Positions 16,556-24,235 of a stretch of 40,313 nucleotides of DNA are shown in pieces. The notes beneath the pieces were generated by a model. It worked only from the letters and a program-made list of their open reading frames with translations, made no database searches and was not told where the DNA came from. Numbering within the stretch: the stretch's first letter is position 1; the number at the start of each line of letters is the position of its first letter. A program made the position numbers and the translations under genes. This stretch comes from an uncultured Actinomycetota bacterium (lineage in GTDB: Bacteria; Actinomycetota; Humimicrobiia; Humimicrobiales; Humimicrobiaceae): assembly GCA_964478985.1 (NCBI GenBank), contig CAYZJW010000003.1:1-40313 (forward strand), in the 5' to 3' direction.

Positions 16556-17320
16556 TTATTCCAGCTCCTTTTTTATATCATCTATCTCCGGTCTGTAGAG
16601 CACTGAAAGCCGGCCGCAAAGCGGGCACTTATAGAGAGTATCTGAATCGACCATCTTTTCCATGTCGGTATGGGGTATCTCCATATTGCAGACTCCGCAG
16701 AATTCATCTTTTATCACCGACACAGCGATGCCGCCTTTTTTTGATTTTACTATATTATAATTTTTTAGTCCCTCTTCCGGCATGCGGGAAACTACATCTT
16801 CCCTCCTGCGCTTTAGCCCCTCCATATTATGTTTCAGGACTTCTTTTTTCTCCTCTAACTCAGCTCTTATCCTTTTTGCCAGCATTTCCAGTTCATCAAG
16901 TTCTTTTCTCAGGCCTTCAATGACCAATTCCAGTTCTTCCTGTTTGTCCATCAGTTCCAGGATCTCATCTTCCAGCCTGCTGTTGGTTTTCCTGAGTGAG
17001 TCTATTTCACTCTGGTAGTTGGAAAGCTCCCTGGGATCAGTTATGGAACCGCCAAAAAGCTTCTTTTCATTCGACTTTATTTTTTCTTCATTAGCCCCCA
17101 GCGAATCCTCCAGTTTCTTTCTCTGGACATTGATATGATGAAGGTCCTTTTCCATGGCAGCCAGCCTGTCTTTGCACTGTTCCTGCTTCTGGAACACAGT
17201 CTTTAGCTCTGCATGGTCTTCAAGCTTAGCCATCTCTGTACTGCGGGCAGTTAAAGCATTATCGATAAACTGTAGCTCTACAAGGTCTACTACATCTAAC
17301 TTACCTGCTGCCAATGTCAT
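16556..17320 (-). CDS. coiled-coil / C4 zinc-ribbon protein (COG1579 type)
   Basis: About 200 aa of coiled coil followed by CGVCNMEIP...CPLCGR. GGAGG SD. Overlaps the nif3 end by 20 nt. Confidence 0.8.
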   Translation of the reverse strand: MTLAAGKLDVVDLVELQFIDNALTARSTEMAKLEDHAELKTVFQKQEQCKDRLAAMEKDLHHINVQRKKLEDSLGANEEKIKSNEKKLFGGSITDPRELSNYQSEIDSLRKTNSRLEDEILELMDKQEELELVIEGLRKELDELEMLAKRIRAELEEKKEVLKHNMEGLKRRREDVVSRMPEEGLKNYNIVKSKKGGIAVSVIKDEFCGVCNMEIPHTDMEKMVDSDTLYKCPLCGRLSVLYRPEIDDIKKELE

Positions 17321-18437
17321 ACCTCCAATCCCAGTATCCTGCTCTGGTCTTTTTTACCTCAATGTCAAGCTGTTTCTTGTCAATATAGTCTTCCAGCAAA
17401 TCGCAGATGCCCTCTATAGCATGTTTCTCTATAGTCCCGTGTCCCAGCGAAGCTACTATCTTTCCTGAATCCCATAACCTTGCAGCATTGTGATAGCTTA
17501 TCTCTCCTGTTACTACCATATCGCAGTCAAGAGAGGCAAGCTCCCCGGTAAGTGAATTGCAGCTGCCCGCGACCAGGGCAACTTTCTCTATCATCCTGCT
17601 GCCGTCATTTTCACGCTTACGGTCAAATAATCCTATTTCACCGGCATCAAGTTCTTTTTTTAAAGTACCTATATACTGTTCCAGGACTGCAGGATGCTTA
17701 AGCCTGCCGGTCCTTCCTGGTCCCCTGTGATCTATTCGGTTTTCCAGCCTGTAGATGTCATAGGCAGGCTGCTCATAAGGATGAGCCTTAAGGGCTGCAT
17801 ATACCAGGTCTTCCAGATCTTGCTCCGATACCATGCATTCCATCCTTAATTCATCCACCCGGCTAAGTATGCCTGGCTTCCCGGTATGAGGCCGGGCATC
17901 TTTGCCGGGAAGGAAAGTCCCTGTGCCCACGGAGCTGAAAGTGCAGCATGAATAGTCCCCCAGTTTTCCGCCTCCTGCCTTGCATACAGCCTTCCGTACT
18001 TCTTCCTGGCTGCCATTGGGTATAAACACTACGAATTTATACCAGTTACCGTATCCTGAGACTATGGCGCCTGTATCCTCAAGGCCCATTTTCCGGGCAA
18101 TAAGATCATTCAGGCCGCCTTCCATGATATCGTAATTTGTATGGGCAGCATAGGCAGCTATCCGGTTTTCTGCCAGTCTCAGGATCCTGCTTCCGGTAAC
18201 CGTGGAATCAGTGATGTTTCCCGGATCCTCAAATACCGCCGGGTGATGAGATATTATGATGCTGGTGCCGCCAGAGACAGCCTCGTCGATGACTCTGTCG
18301 TCCACATCCAGCGTCACCAGGATCTGGCTTACCTGGCGGCTGCCGCTGCCTATTTGCAATCCTGCCCTGTCCCATTCCAACGCCAGTTCTTTGTGGAATA
18401 TCTTATCAAGGTCTAAGACAAGCTCTTTCAGGATCAT
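17301..18437 (-). CDS. Nif3-like dinuclear metal centre protein (long YqfO-type with inserted domain)
   Basis: LALEWDRAGLQIG, ILVTLDVDDRVIDEAV and IIISHHPAVF at the N-terminus; TGEISYH...GH at the C-terminus. Confidence 0.9.
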   Translation of the reverse strand: MILKELVLDLDKIFHKELALEWDRAGLQIGSGSRQVSQILVTLDVDDRVIDEAVSGGTSIIISHHPAVFEDPGNITDSTVTGSRILRLAENRIAAYAAHTNYDIMEGGLNDLIARKMGLEDTGAIVSGYGNWYKFVVFIPNGSQEEVRKAVCKAGGGKLGDYSCCTFSSVGTGTFLPGKDARPHTGKPGILSRVDELRMECMVSEQDLEDLVYAALKAHPYEQPAYDIYRLENRIDHRGPGRTGRLKHPAVLEQYIGTLKKELDAGEIGLFDRKRENDGSRMIEKVALVAGSCNSLTGELASLDCDMVVTGEISYHNAARLWDSGKIVASLGHGTIEKHAIEGICDLLEDYIDKKQLDIEVKKTRAGYWDWRYDIGSR

Positions 18438-18529
18438 ATCATATGCTGTAAACAGTTATAATAGATTAAATATTATAATATTAGCGGTCAAATAAAAAGC
18501 TTATCTTAAAAGTATGACTGAATGGGGGC

Positions 18530-18913
18530 TTATTCTTTCTTTTTAAAATCAAGGGATGCCGAATTTATGCAGTATCTTTTCCCGGTAGGCCTGGGACCAT
18601 CATCAAATACATGGCCAAGGTGACCCCCGCATCCTGCGCAGTGCACTTCGGTCCTGGCTGTGGCCAGGCTCCTGTCTTCTTCTGTCTCGACACTTTTTTC
18701 CGTAGACGGCCTGTAAAAACTGGGCCATCCGGTACCCGAGTCGAATTTGGCGCCTGATTCGAATAATCTTTCCCCGCAGCCGGCACAATAATATGAGCCT
18801 TCGTCCCTGCAGTCACAATATTTATTGGCAAAGGGCTTTTCTGTGCCCTTTTCCCTTAATACATGATATGCTTCGGGTGACAGTTTCTTTTTCCACTTAT
18901 TTTCATCTATCAT
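18530..18913 (-). CDS. msrB: peptide-methionine (R)-S-oxide reductase
   Basis: Two CxxC pairs (CAGCG, CAGCGGHLGHVF), GTGWPSF, and catalytic RYCINS. Start moved to MIDENKW (AAGGAGGG upstream); the track start at 18964 overlaps the upstream gene. Confidence 0.9.
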   Translation of the reverse strand: MIDENKWKKKLSPEAYHVLREKGTEKPFANKYCDCRDEGSYYCAGCGERLFESGAKFDSGTGWPSFYRPSTEKSVETEEDRSLATARTEVHCAGCGGHLGHVFDDGPRPTGKRYCINSASLDFKKKE

Positions 18914-18933
18914 CTCTACCCTCCTTTTAGAGA

Positions 18934-19935
18934 TCACTGGCTGGGATATCCCTTGTCTATCCATTCATCGATTCCCCCGCCGGCAAGGTCATATATTTCT
19001 TTGAAGCCATTAGCCGCCAGTATGGCAGCGGCATTTCCGCTCCTGTTGCAGCTGGAGCCGTTACAGTATACCAGTATGGGCCTATCCCGGGGGATCTCAT
19101 CCAGCTTCTCTTTCAGCTGGGACACAGGGATAAGCAAGGCCCCTTTGATATGCCCGGATTCATATTCCGGTCCTGACCTCACATCCACAATGATCAGATC
19201 AGGATCATTAAGGTATGCTTCATATGCCTGGTCCACTGAAATATCTATTATAAGGGAAGAAAGGCCGGAAGTATCCGCTTCCGCACCAGAGGATGCATCT
19301 TCAGCACTTTCCCCCTCTATTTCCAGGGTAATGTCTTCCATCTCTACCGGTCCTTTTTCATTAGCCTGTCCCCAGAAATTTACATATAAGGCAATCCCGA
19401 TAAGGATTATTCCAATAGCAATAAGGATATATGTCAATATTTCAACTATCAGCATCTTTCTGGCCGCGGTTATCTTTTCTGAGAATACCTTCTGAAGTGT
19501 CCAGGCATCATTAGGCTCTATGATTATTAGCAGGTTCAGGATAAATATGACAAACAAAACGATAAAATGATAGATACTGAAAGTCATATCAAGAAATCTG
19601 CCAAAACAGCCGCAAAGCATATCAGGCCTGCTTCTTAAGACATAGAATGTCACCCAGGAAAAGATGATAACCATCACATTCAGGTGTAAAGCGGCAATCC
19701 TTATATACACACCCAGTACCAGCATAATACCCAGAATCAGTTCTATTACCGGTATTGCTGCTGATGCCAGGAATGTAAGGGGGCCTCCCAGCAGGCCCAG
19801 AGCACTGATGACTCCCTGGAAGCCTTTTAGGTCTATTAACTTGAATATCCCGGATAAAAGGAATGCCATCCCGATTATTATGCGGATAACCGGTATGGCA
19901 AATTTAATAAAAGTATTCCTGCCCCTAATTTCCAT
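18934..19935 (-). CDS. membrane protein fusion: MauE/DoxX-like multi-TM domain + extra TM + C-terminal rhodanese domain
   Basis: The N-terminal 130 aa are hydrophobic (IIIGMAFLLSGIFKL...). The C-terminus IIVDVRSGPEYESGHIKGA...ILVYCNGSSCNRSGNAA...GGIDEW is a rhodanese fold with an active-site Cys loop. Confidence 0.75.
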   Translation of the reverse strand: MEIRGRNTFIKFAIPVIRIIIGMAFLLSGIFKLIDLKGFQGVISALGLLGGPLTFLASAAIPVIELILGIMLVLGVYIRIAALHLNVMVIIFSWVTFYVLRSRPDMLCGCFGRFLDMTFSIYHFIVLFVIFILNLLIIIEPNDAWTLQKVFSEKITAARKMLIVEILTYILIAIGIILIGIALYVNFWGQANEKGPVEMEDITLEIEGESAEDASSGAEADTSGLSSLIIDISVDQAYEAYLNDPDLIIVDVRSGPEYESGHIKGALLIPVSQLKEKLDEIPRDRPILVYCNGSSCNRSGNAAAILAANGFKEIYDLAGGGIDEWIDKGYPSQ

Positions 19936-19974
19936 AGGATAATATATTACCCTAAAAATTAAGAAAATTGTATA

Positions 19975-20190
19975 CTAATCCTGGTTTCCCTCTGCTTTGG
20001 AAGCTTCCACAAGTTTCCTGGCGATCCTTAGCTCTGTCTTCATCTTTATCTCGTCCGTATAGATCCTGAGCTCTCCTACCAGTTCATTATACCTGGTGAT
20101 ATATATAGTATCCCCCTGGTTCTCCTTGAGAAACTTTGACAGCTTTATCCTGAGCTCATTGGTGTCTACTCTTTTGATCTCCTGGTTCAT
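19975..20190 (-). CDS. small protein resembling a Phd/YefM-type antitoxin N-terminal domain (no toxin partner seen)
   Basis: VDTNELRIKLSKFLKENQGDTIYITRYNELVGEL resembles the antitoxin pattern (..ELR..LS..L......PV.ITR.G.PVAVL). GGAAGGGA SD. Weak, by eye only. Confidence 0.45.
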   Translation of the reverse strand: MNQEIKRVDTNELRIKLSKFLKENQGDTIYITRYNELVGELRIYTDEIKMKTELRIARKLVEASKAEGNQD

Positions 20191-20259
20191 ATCTCATCCC
20201 TTCCAGCCCTATTGTATATTTATTTATGTATTATATATATATTATAGTTATCTAATTCT

Positions 20260-20287
20260 ATATTAATACATTCCTAATAAATGTCAA
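20260..20287 (-). promoter_or_regulatory. candidate sigma70-type promoter upstream of the 71-aa gene
   Basis: Minus strand TTGACA-16 nt-TAATAT in an AT-rich 195-nt spacer. Confidence 0.3.
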
Positions 20288-20355
20288 ATAAAATATCCAC
20301 AAAATAAGGCTTGGTTCTTCTATAAGCATCTATTAGACACAGGGGGATGTTATTT

Positions 20356-20382
20356 GATGGAGCCCGCCTGGCAGGCTCCATC
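20356..20382 (-). terminator. stem-loop immediately after the FAD/Fe-S gene stop (weak terminator candidate)
   Basis: GATGGAGCC-9 nt loop-GGCTCCATC, a 9-bp perfect stem starting 4 nt after the stop. No convincing U tract on either strand. Confidence 0.35.
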
Positions 20383-20385
20383 AGC

Positions 20386-23300
20386 TTATTGTCCTTTTCT
20401 AGTAAGGTAGTCTATCATTGGCTGGGTGACCAGAGGCACCAGGTCCTTTATCATATGGGGCATAAGGTTATCCATTACCTCAGGCATCAGTTCCGGCATC
20501 TGCTCTTTCATATATTCAGGCATGGGTATCATCTTTCCCACCCTGTCCAGTATCACCGGCATTAGCCCGGGCATCATCCTGGGAAGGAGTATGGGAAAAA
20601 GTATGGGAAACATGGGTTTCATAAGCTTTAGGGCTCCCGGTATCCTGCCCATTGTCCTCATCATGCTGCCCATCTTAAAGGGCATGGCATCCATAAGCTC
20701 AGGCCACATGGAGGCCATAAGGTCCGCAAATCCTCTGGGACTCATAAGGGCGATCATGGCTTCAAAAACAGCCCACTGCCTCTGGACCTCGGGATCCGGG
20801 TCTTCAAATTCATATCCCAGGGCCTGGCAGGCAAAATTAGCCAAATCTATTATCTCAACCGGGAGGTGCTTTTTTTCAGCTGTCACCCTGAACTGGAACT
20901 CGCAGCAGGGGCACAGGGCAAGTACCTTTTCCGCCCCTGCTTCCACTGCTTCATCAAGCCTTTCCTTTCCCACCTCTGCCGCTACCGGCGGATCTTTTAT
21001 AAGTGTCAGGACACTGCCGCAGCAGTGAGCCTCATCCCTGATATTTTCCATCTCCACCAATTCTACACCGGGTATGGCTTTAATAAGCTCCCTGGGCTCA
21101 TCATAGACCCCGGACACCCTGCCAATATGGCAGGAATCGTGCCAGGTGACCTTAACCGGTTTCCTGCCATTCCCATTTCCGGGGAAGACAAATTCCTTTG
21201 ATCTTATCTTTTCTGCCACCAGTTCAGAGTAGTGCCTGGCCTTTATATCATATTCTATACCCAGTTTTCTTGCCCATTCCGGATAGACATGGCGCCACAT
21301 CATATCGCATGCAGGACAGGATGATATTACCGTATCTGCCCCCGCATCCTTTACTGCCTGTATGTTCTTCTTGATGGTATCGGCAAATACATCCCATTTA
21401 CCGGCTACCAGCATGGGCGTGCCGCAGCAGTTTTCCTTTTCTCCCAGTATGGTAAACTCCACCCCCGCCTCGTCAAGCAGCCTTACACCCGCCTTTCCGA
21501 TATCCTTCTCTACATAACTGGCAGTACAGCCGGCAAAATAGACATTCTTTGCTTTCTTTCCGGGACCATGTTTTTCCGTCAAGTCTTCCGGAAACCAGTC
21601 TATACGGTTCTTTCGGTAGCCGGCCCAGATATCTCCCTGGCTGGTAAGAGCTGCCGCCATCATCTCAAATGGGGGTATGGTCATCTTCTTTTGTTTATGT
21701 ATAAGCTGTCCCCTCATCTTGAGCCAGGAAGGCTCTATGGGTAGATTGGCCGAACATCTGAGATTGCATAGCTCGCATGTGGTGCAGGCCATAAATGCAT
21801 CGACCATATACTGGTCCCATTTTTCCCTTCCTTCAAGGTATTCCCTTAGCCAGTACCATCTTCCCCTGGGACTCTGGCTTTCCCACCCCCTGCCGTAGAA
21901 CTGGTCGCATTCAGGTACGCAGTAACCGCACTGGGAACAGGCATAGGCATACCATGCAACATCCCCGGGGATGCCTTTTATCTCTTTTTGCGGTATCCTT
22001 TCACCAAGTTCATGGGTGATCCTGTTTCCAAAAGGCCTTATTAGGGGCTCCATAAGGCTGGCGATCCCCATAAGCCTGCCTACGGTATTTCTATCTATGA
22101 CCTTTCCCGGGTTCAGTATGCCCTGCGGGTCGGCTTCTTTCTTAAGCGACCTTATTCTTTCCAGACGGTTTCTTCCCAGGACCCTATCTGCCATATTTGA
22201 AAAATATATACCGGTGGCATAAGGCCTTCCCCCATATTTACGGGCTATCTTTATTATTGAAAGAGTGAGGGCAAATACGAAATTATAACTGAATTTTCTC
22301 TGGTCGCTGGGAATAAACCCCAGAAGCACCACTTCCGGTTTCCCGTTCCTTCCTTTTTTTATTACTACTCCTTCCTTTACCAGGGGCTGTTCGATCTTGG
22401 TCTCTATTTCAGAAAGGACCTTGCCCAGGTTTTCCAGGGGGACTATTACTTCAGCAGGCACCAGGCTGGGCCCAAGCCTTTTTACCACCATGAGCTTAAA
22501 CCTGTTTTTCCATTCATGCTCAGCCAGCCTGTCTTCAAGGAGCTTGCCCCCGGAATCTGCAATCAGTCCGGGAAGCTTATCCATAACTTTTCTTTCATCG
22601 CTCTTCCTGAATGTAAGGGTGACAATATATTTTTCCGGAAGTATTAACCTTTCTTCTGCTGCATGTCCGCCATGCTCCATAAGGGGAGCCTGGTTTTTTA
22701 ACTGGGCCATCCTGGGATTTATAAACAGGAGTGACCATATAGGCACTGCATCCTTTATAAGCGATGCGGAGAATTCCTGGAGGTCTGATGATGAATCAAA
22801 GGCAGCCGATATAACTTTCATCTCTTCCAGGGGCATCACTTTTATGGTCATCTGGCTTATCATGCCGGTGATCCCCTCTGCATCGGCGATAAGTCCCAGT
22901 TCGTCACCTTCAAATTCTTTTATGCTTCCGTCAGCCAGGACTATCCTGGCACTTATAACGCTTTCCCTGAATTCTCCCGCCTCATATGAACCTATGCCAG
23001 AGCCTCCATGCGCCAGCCAGCCCCCTGCAGTGGATCCGGGATAGCTGGATGGATAAAGCCTGAGTGTAAGAGACTGTTTTTTAAGCTTTTTATCCAGTCT
23101 TTCCCATATTATGCCGGGCTGTATGGTGACTGTCATAGCATCAGTGTCTAAATCTATTATTTTATCCATCCTGTTAAAATCTACTACTATACCCTGCCTT
23201 ACTGGAAGAACGCCGCCATAGCCTGAGGTAGCTTTTCCTCTGGGTGTAAGCGGTATTTTGTTTTTAGAAGCCCATGCACATAATTCACCCAGCTCTTCTT

Positions 23301-23475
23301 CGGAATTCGGCTGGACTACAGCATCGGGAAGGGTATTCCCGATAAAGGGCCTGACCAGAGAAGGTACGGTAGCTATATCATGTCCGTATAATTTTCTTTC
23401 CGTCCTGTTAAAACATACCCTGTCTTCAAATCTGTCTTCCAGGTACTTTCGGTGTTGACGGGTAAAACTGCTCAT
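20386..23475 (-). CDS. FAD-binding oxidase (GlcD-like) fused to a 2x[4Fe-4S] + two CCG-domain (GlcF/HdrD-like) module, with a C-terminal Met/Pro-rich tail
   Basis: N-terminal PCMH-type FAD domain (PLTPRGKATSGYGGVLP). CSQCGYCVPEC and CTTCELCNLRC ferredoxin motifs. CCG motifs YFAGCTASY...NCCGTP and WHDSCHIGR...HCCGS. Tail of about 130 aa with about 24 Met. AGGAGG SD. Confidence 0.85.
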   Translation of the reverse strand: MSSFTRQHRKYLEDRFEDRVCFNRTERKLYGHDIATVPSLVRPFIGNTLPDAVVQPNSEEELGELCAWASKNKIPLTPRGKATSGYGGVLPVRQGIVVDFNRMDKIIDLDTDAMTVTIQPGIIWERLDKKLKKQSLTLRLYPSSYPGSTAGGWLAHGGSGIGSYEAGEFRESVISARIVLADGSIKEFEGDELGLIADAEGITGMISQMTIKVMPLEEMKVISAAFDSSSDLQEFSASLIKDAVPIWSLLFINPRMAQLKNQAPLMEHGGHAAEERLILPEKYIVTLTFRKSDERKVMDKLPGLIADSGGKLLEDRLAEHEWKNRFKLMVVKRLGPSLVPAEVIVPLENLGKVLSEIETKIEQPLVKEGVVIKKGRNGKPEVVLLGFIPSDQRKFSYNFVFALTLSIIKIARKYGGRPYATGIYFSNMADRVLGRNRLERIRSLKKEADPQGILNPGKVIDRNTVGRLMGIASLMEPLIRPFGNRITHELGERIPQKEIKGIPGDVAWYAYACSQCGYCVPECDQFYGRGWESQSPRGRWYWLREYLEGREKWDQYMVDAFMACTTCELCNLRCSANLPIEPSWLKMRGQLIHKQKKMTIPPFEMMAAALTSQGDIWAGYRKNRIDWFPEDLTEKHGPGKKAKNVYFAGCTASYVEKDIGKAGVRLLDEAGVEFTILGEKENCCGTPMLVAGKWDVFADTIKKNIQAVKDAGADTVISSCPACDMMWRHVYPEWARKLGIEYDIKARHYSELVAEKIRSKEFVFPGNGNGRKPVKVTWHDSCHIGRVSGVYDEPRELIKAIPGVELVEMENIRDEAHCCGSVLTLIKDPPVAAEVGKERLDEAVEAGAEKVLALCPCCEFQFRVTAEKKHLPVEIIDLANFACQALGYEFEDPDPEVQRQWAVFEAMIALMSPRGFADLMASMWPELMDAMPFKMGSMMRTMGRIPGALKLMKPMFPILFPILLPRMMPGLMPVILDRVGKMIPMPEYMKEQMPELMPEVMDNLMPHMIKDLVPLVTQPMIDYLTRKGQ

Positions 23476-23484
23476 AAAATCCTC

Positions 23485-23814
23485 CTATTTGATTAACTCA
23501 CTTAACATCTTATTATTATCCCTGAATTTTTCTTTAACTATCTCGCTTACCAGGTCGAAAGCCTTAAGCACCTTCAGGTCTGATATATGGTAATAAGTGC
23601 AGTTTCCCTTTATATCTGATCTTACCAGGCCCCTGGACTTTAGTATTCCCAGGTGCTGGGAGATATTTGACTGGGAAGACTCAAGCTTTGCGGAAAGTTC
23701 ATTTACATTCATGCTTCCACCCCTCAAGGTGTCTATAATAGCCAGTCTTTTGGGGTTAGAGATAGCCCTGCACAATCCTGCATGGAGATCGTAAAATTCT
23801 TGTTTCTTTGCCAT
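23485..23814 (-). CDS. ArsR/SmtB-family winged-helix transcriptional regulator
   Basis: NPKRLAIIDTLRGGSMNVNELSAKLESSQSNISQHLGILKSRGLV is the classic ArsR HTH. It lies 9 nt upstream of the FAD/Fe-S gene. I see no canonical alpha3 (CxC) or alpha5 His/Asp metal site. Confidence 0.85.
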   Translation of the reverse strand: MAKKQEFYDLHAGLCRAISNPKRLAIIDTLRGGSMNVNELSAKLESSQSNISQHLGILKSRGLVRSDIKGNCTYYHISDLKVLKAFDLVSEIVKEKFRDNNKMLSELIK

Positions 23815-23834
23815 AATAATAATATATCCTGCAT

Positions 23835-23852
23835 ATATCTATATATTGATAT
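23835..23852 (-). promoter_or_regulatory. 18-bp near-palindrome between the -10 and the arsR-like start (candidate autoregulatory operator)
   Basis: ATATCaATATATATaGATAT on the minus strand, with one mismatched pair. It abuts the -10 hexamer. The AT-rich context raises the chance expectation. Confidence 0.3.
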
Positions 23853-23853
23853 T

Positions 23854-23882
23854 ATTATATTTATATATGCTAAATATGTCAA
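23854..23882 (-). promoter_or_regulatory. consensus sigma70 promoter of the arsR-like/FAD-FeS operon
   Basis: Minus strand reads TTGACA-17 nt-TATAAT, a perfect match in both hexamers and spacing, about 40 nt upstream of the ATG at 23814. Confidence 0.6.
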
Positions 23883-23917
23883 ATTCTTAGTGATTTTTTT
23901 GTAGAGGAATTGTATTT

Positions 23918-23950
23918 TTGATTTCAAAATGGTGGGCCCACCAGGACTTG
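23918..23950. repeat. direct repeat copy 1: duplicated tRNA 3' end (21 nt) plus 12 nt of flank
   Basis: ttgatttcaaaatggtgggcccaccaggacttg is identical over 33/33 nt to 24087-24119. Confidence 0.9.
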
Positions 23951-24086
23951 TTCTTTCGTCTCGCTGGCGCTCGCTGCAGAGACGCAGACTCCCTCGCTTC
24001 GCTTCGGTCCGTCTTTTCAAGTCCTTACGAAACGTGGATCCACCACGTTTCTAGCAGTTGTAGATCTATTCCTCTCGGCGGTAATA
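23951..24086. other. GC-rich 136-bp insert bracketed by the tRNA-end direct repeats (integration scar or miniature element candidate)
   Basis: Clearly more GC-rich than the AT-rich flanks. Contains a perfect 9-bp hairpin gaaacgtgg-atcca-ccacgtttc and short GCGAG/GAAGC reiterations. No ORF. Confidence 0.4.
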
Positions 24087-24119
24087 TTGATTTCAAAATG
24101 GTGGGCCCACCAGGACTTG
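24087..24119. repeat. direct repeat copy 2, overlapping the genuine tRNA 3' end
   Basis: Identical 33-mer. Positions 24099-24119 are the T-arm 3' strand, acceptor 3' strand and CCA of the tRNA. Confidence 0.9.
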
Positions 24120-24175
24120 AACCTGGGACCTCCGCATTATGAGTGCGCTGCTCTAACCAACTGAGCTATGGGCCC
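24099..24175 (-). tRNA. tRNA with CAU anticodon (elongator Met or lysidine-dependent Ile2; CCA encoded)
   Basis: The minus strand folds as a 77-nt cloverleaf: GGGCCCA UA GCUC AGUUGGUUA GAGC A GCGCA CUCAUAA UGCGG AGGUC CCAGG UUCAAGU CCUGG UGGGCCC ACCA. G1-C72 and A31-U39 argue against an initiator. The T-arm and variable loop resemble E. coli ileX. Confidence 0.95.
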
Positions 24176-24206
24176 GGAATGTGTGCCTGTTATCAGACAA
24201 TTGCAT

Positions 24207-24235
24207 ATGTTAATAGAAATAATACCATAAGTCAA
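24207..24235 (-). promoter_or_regulatory. candidate promoter for the tRNA
   Basis: Minus strand TTGACT-17 nt-TAACAT, ending about 30 nt upstream of the tRNA 5' end. Confidence 0.3.

Noticed and set aside
23733-24142. ORFs 23733-24020 (minus) and 23918-24142 (plus)
   Set aside because: They span a promoter, the tRNA and the duplicated tRNA end. The plus ORF even translates the repeat in two different frames, so they are not coding.
24099-24175. Calling the CAU tRNA an initiator tRNA-fMet
   Set aside because: It has a paired G1-C72 end. It lacks the three consecutive G-C pairs at the bottom of the anticodon stem, where A31-U39 closes the loop.
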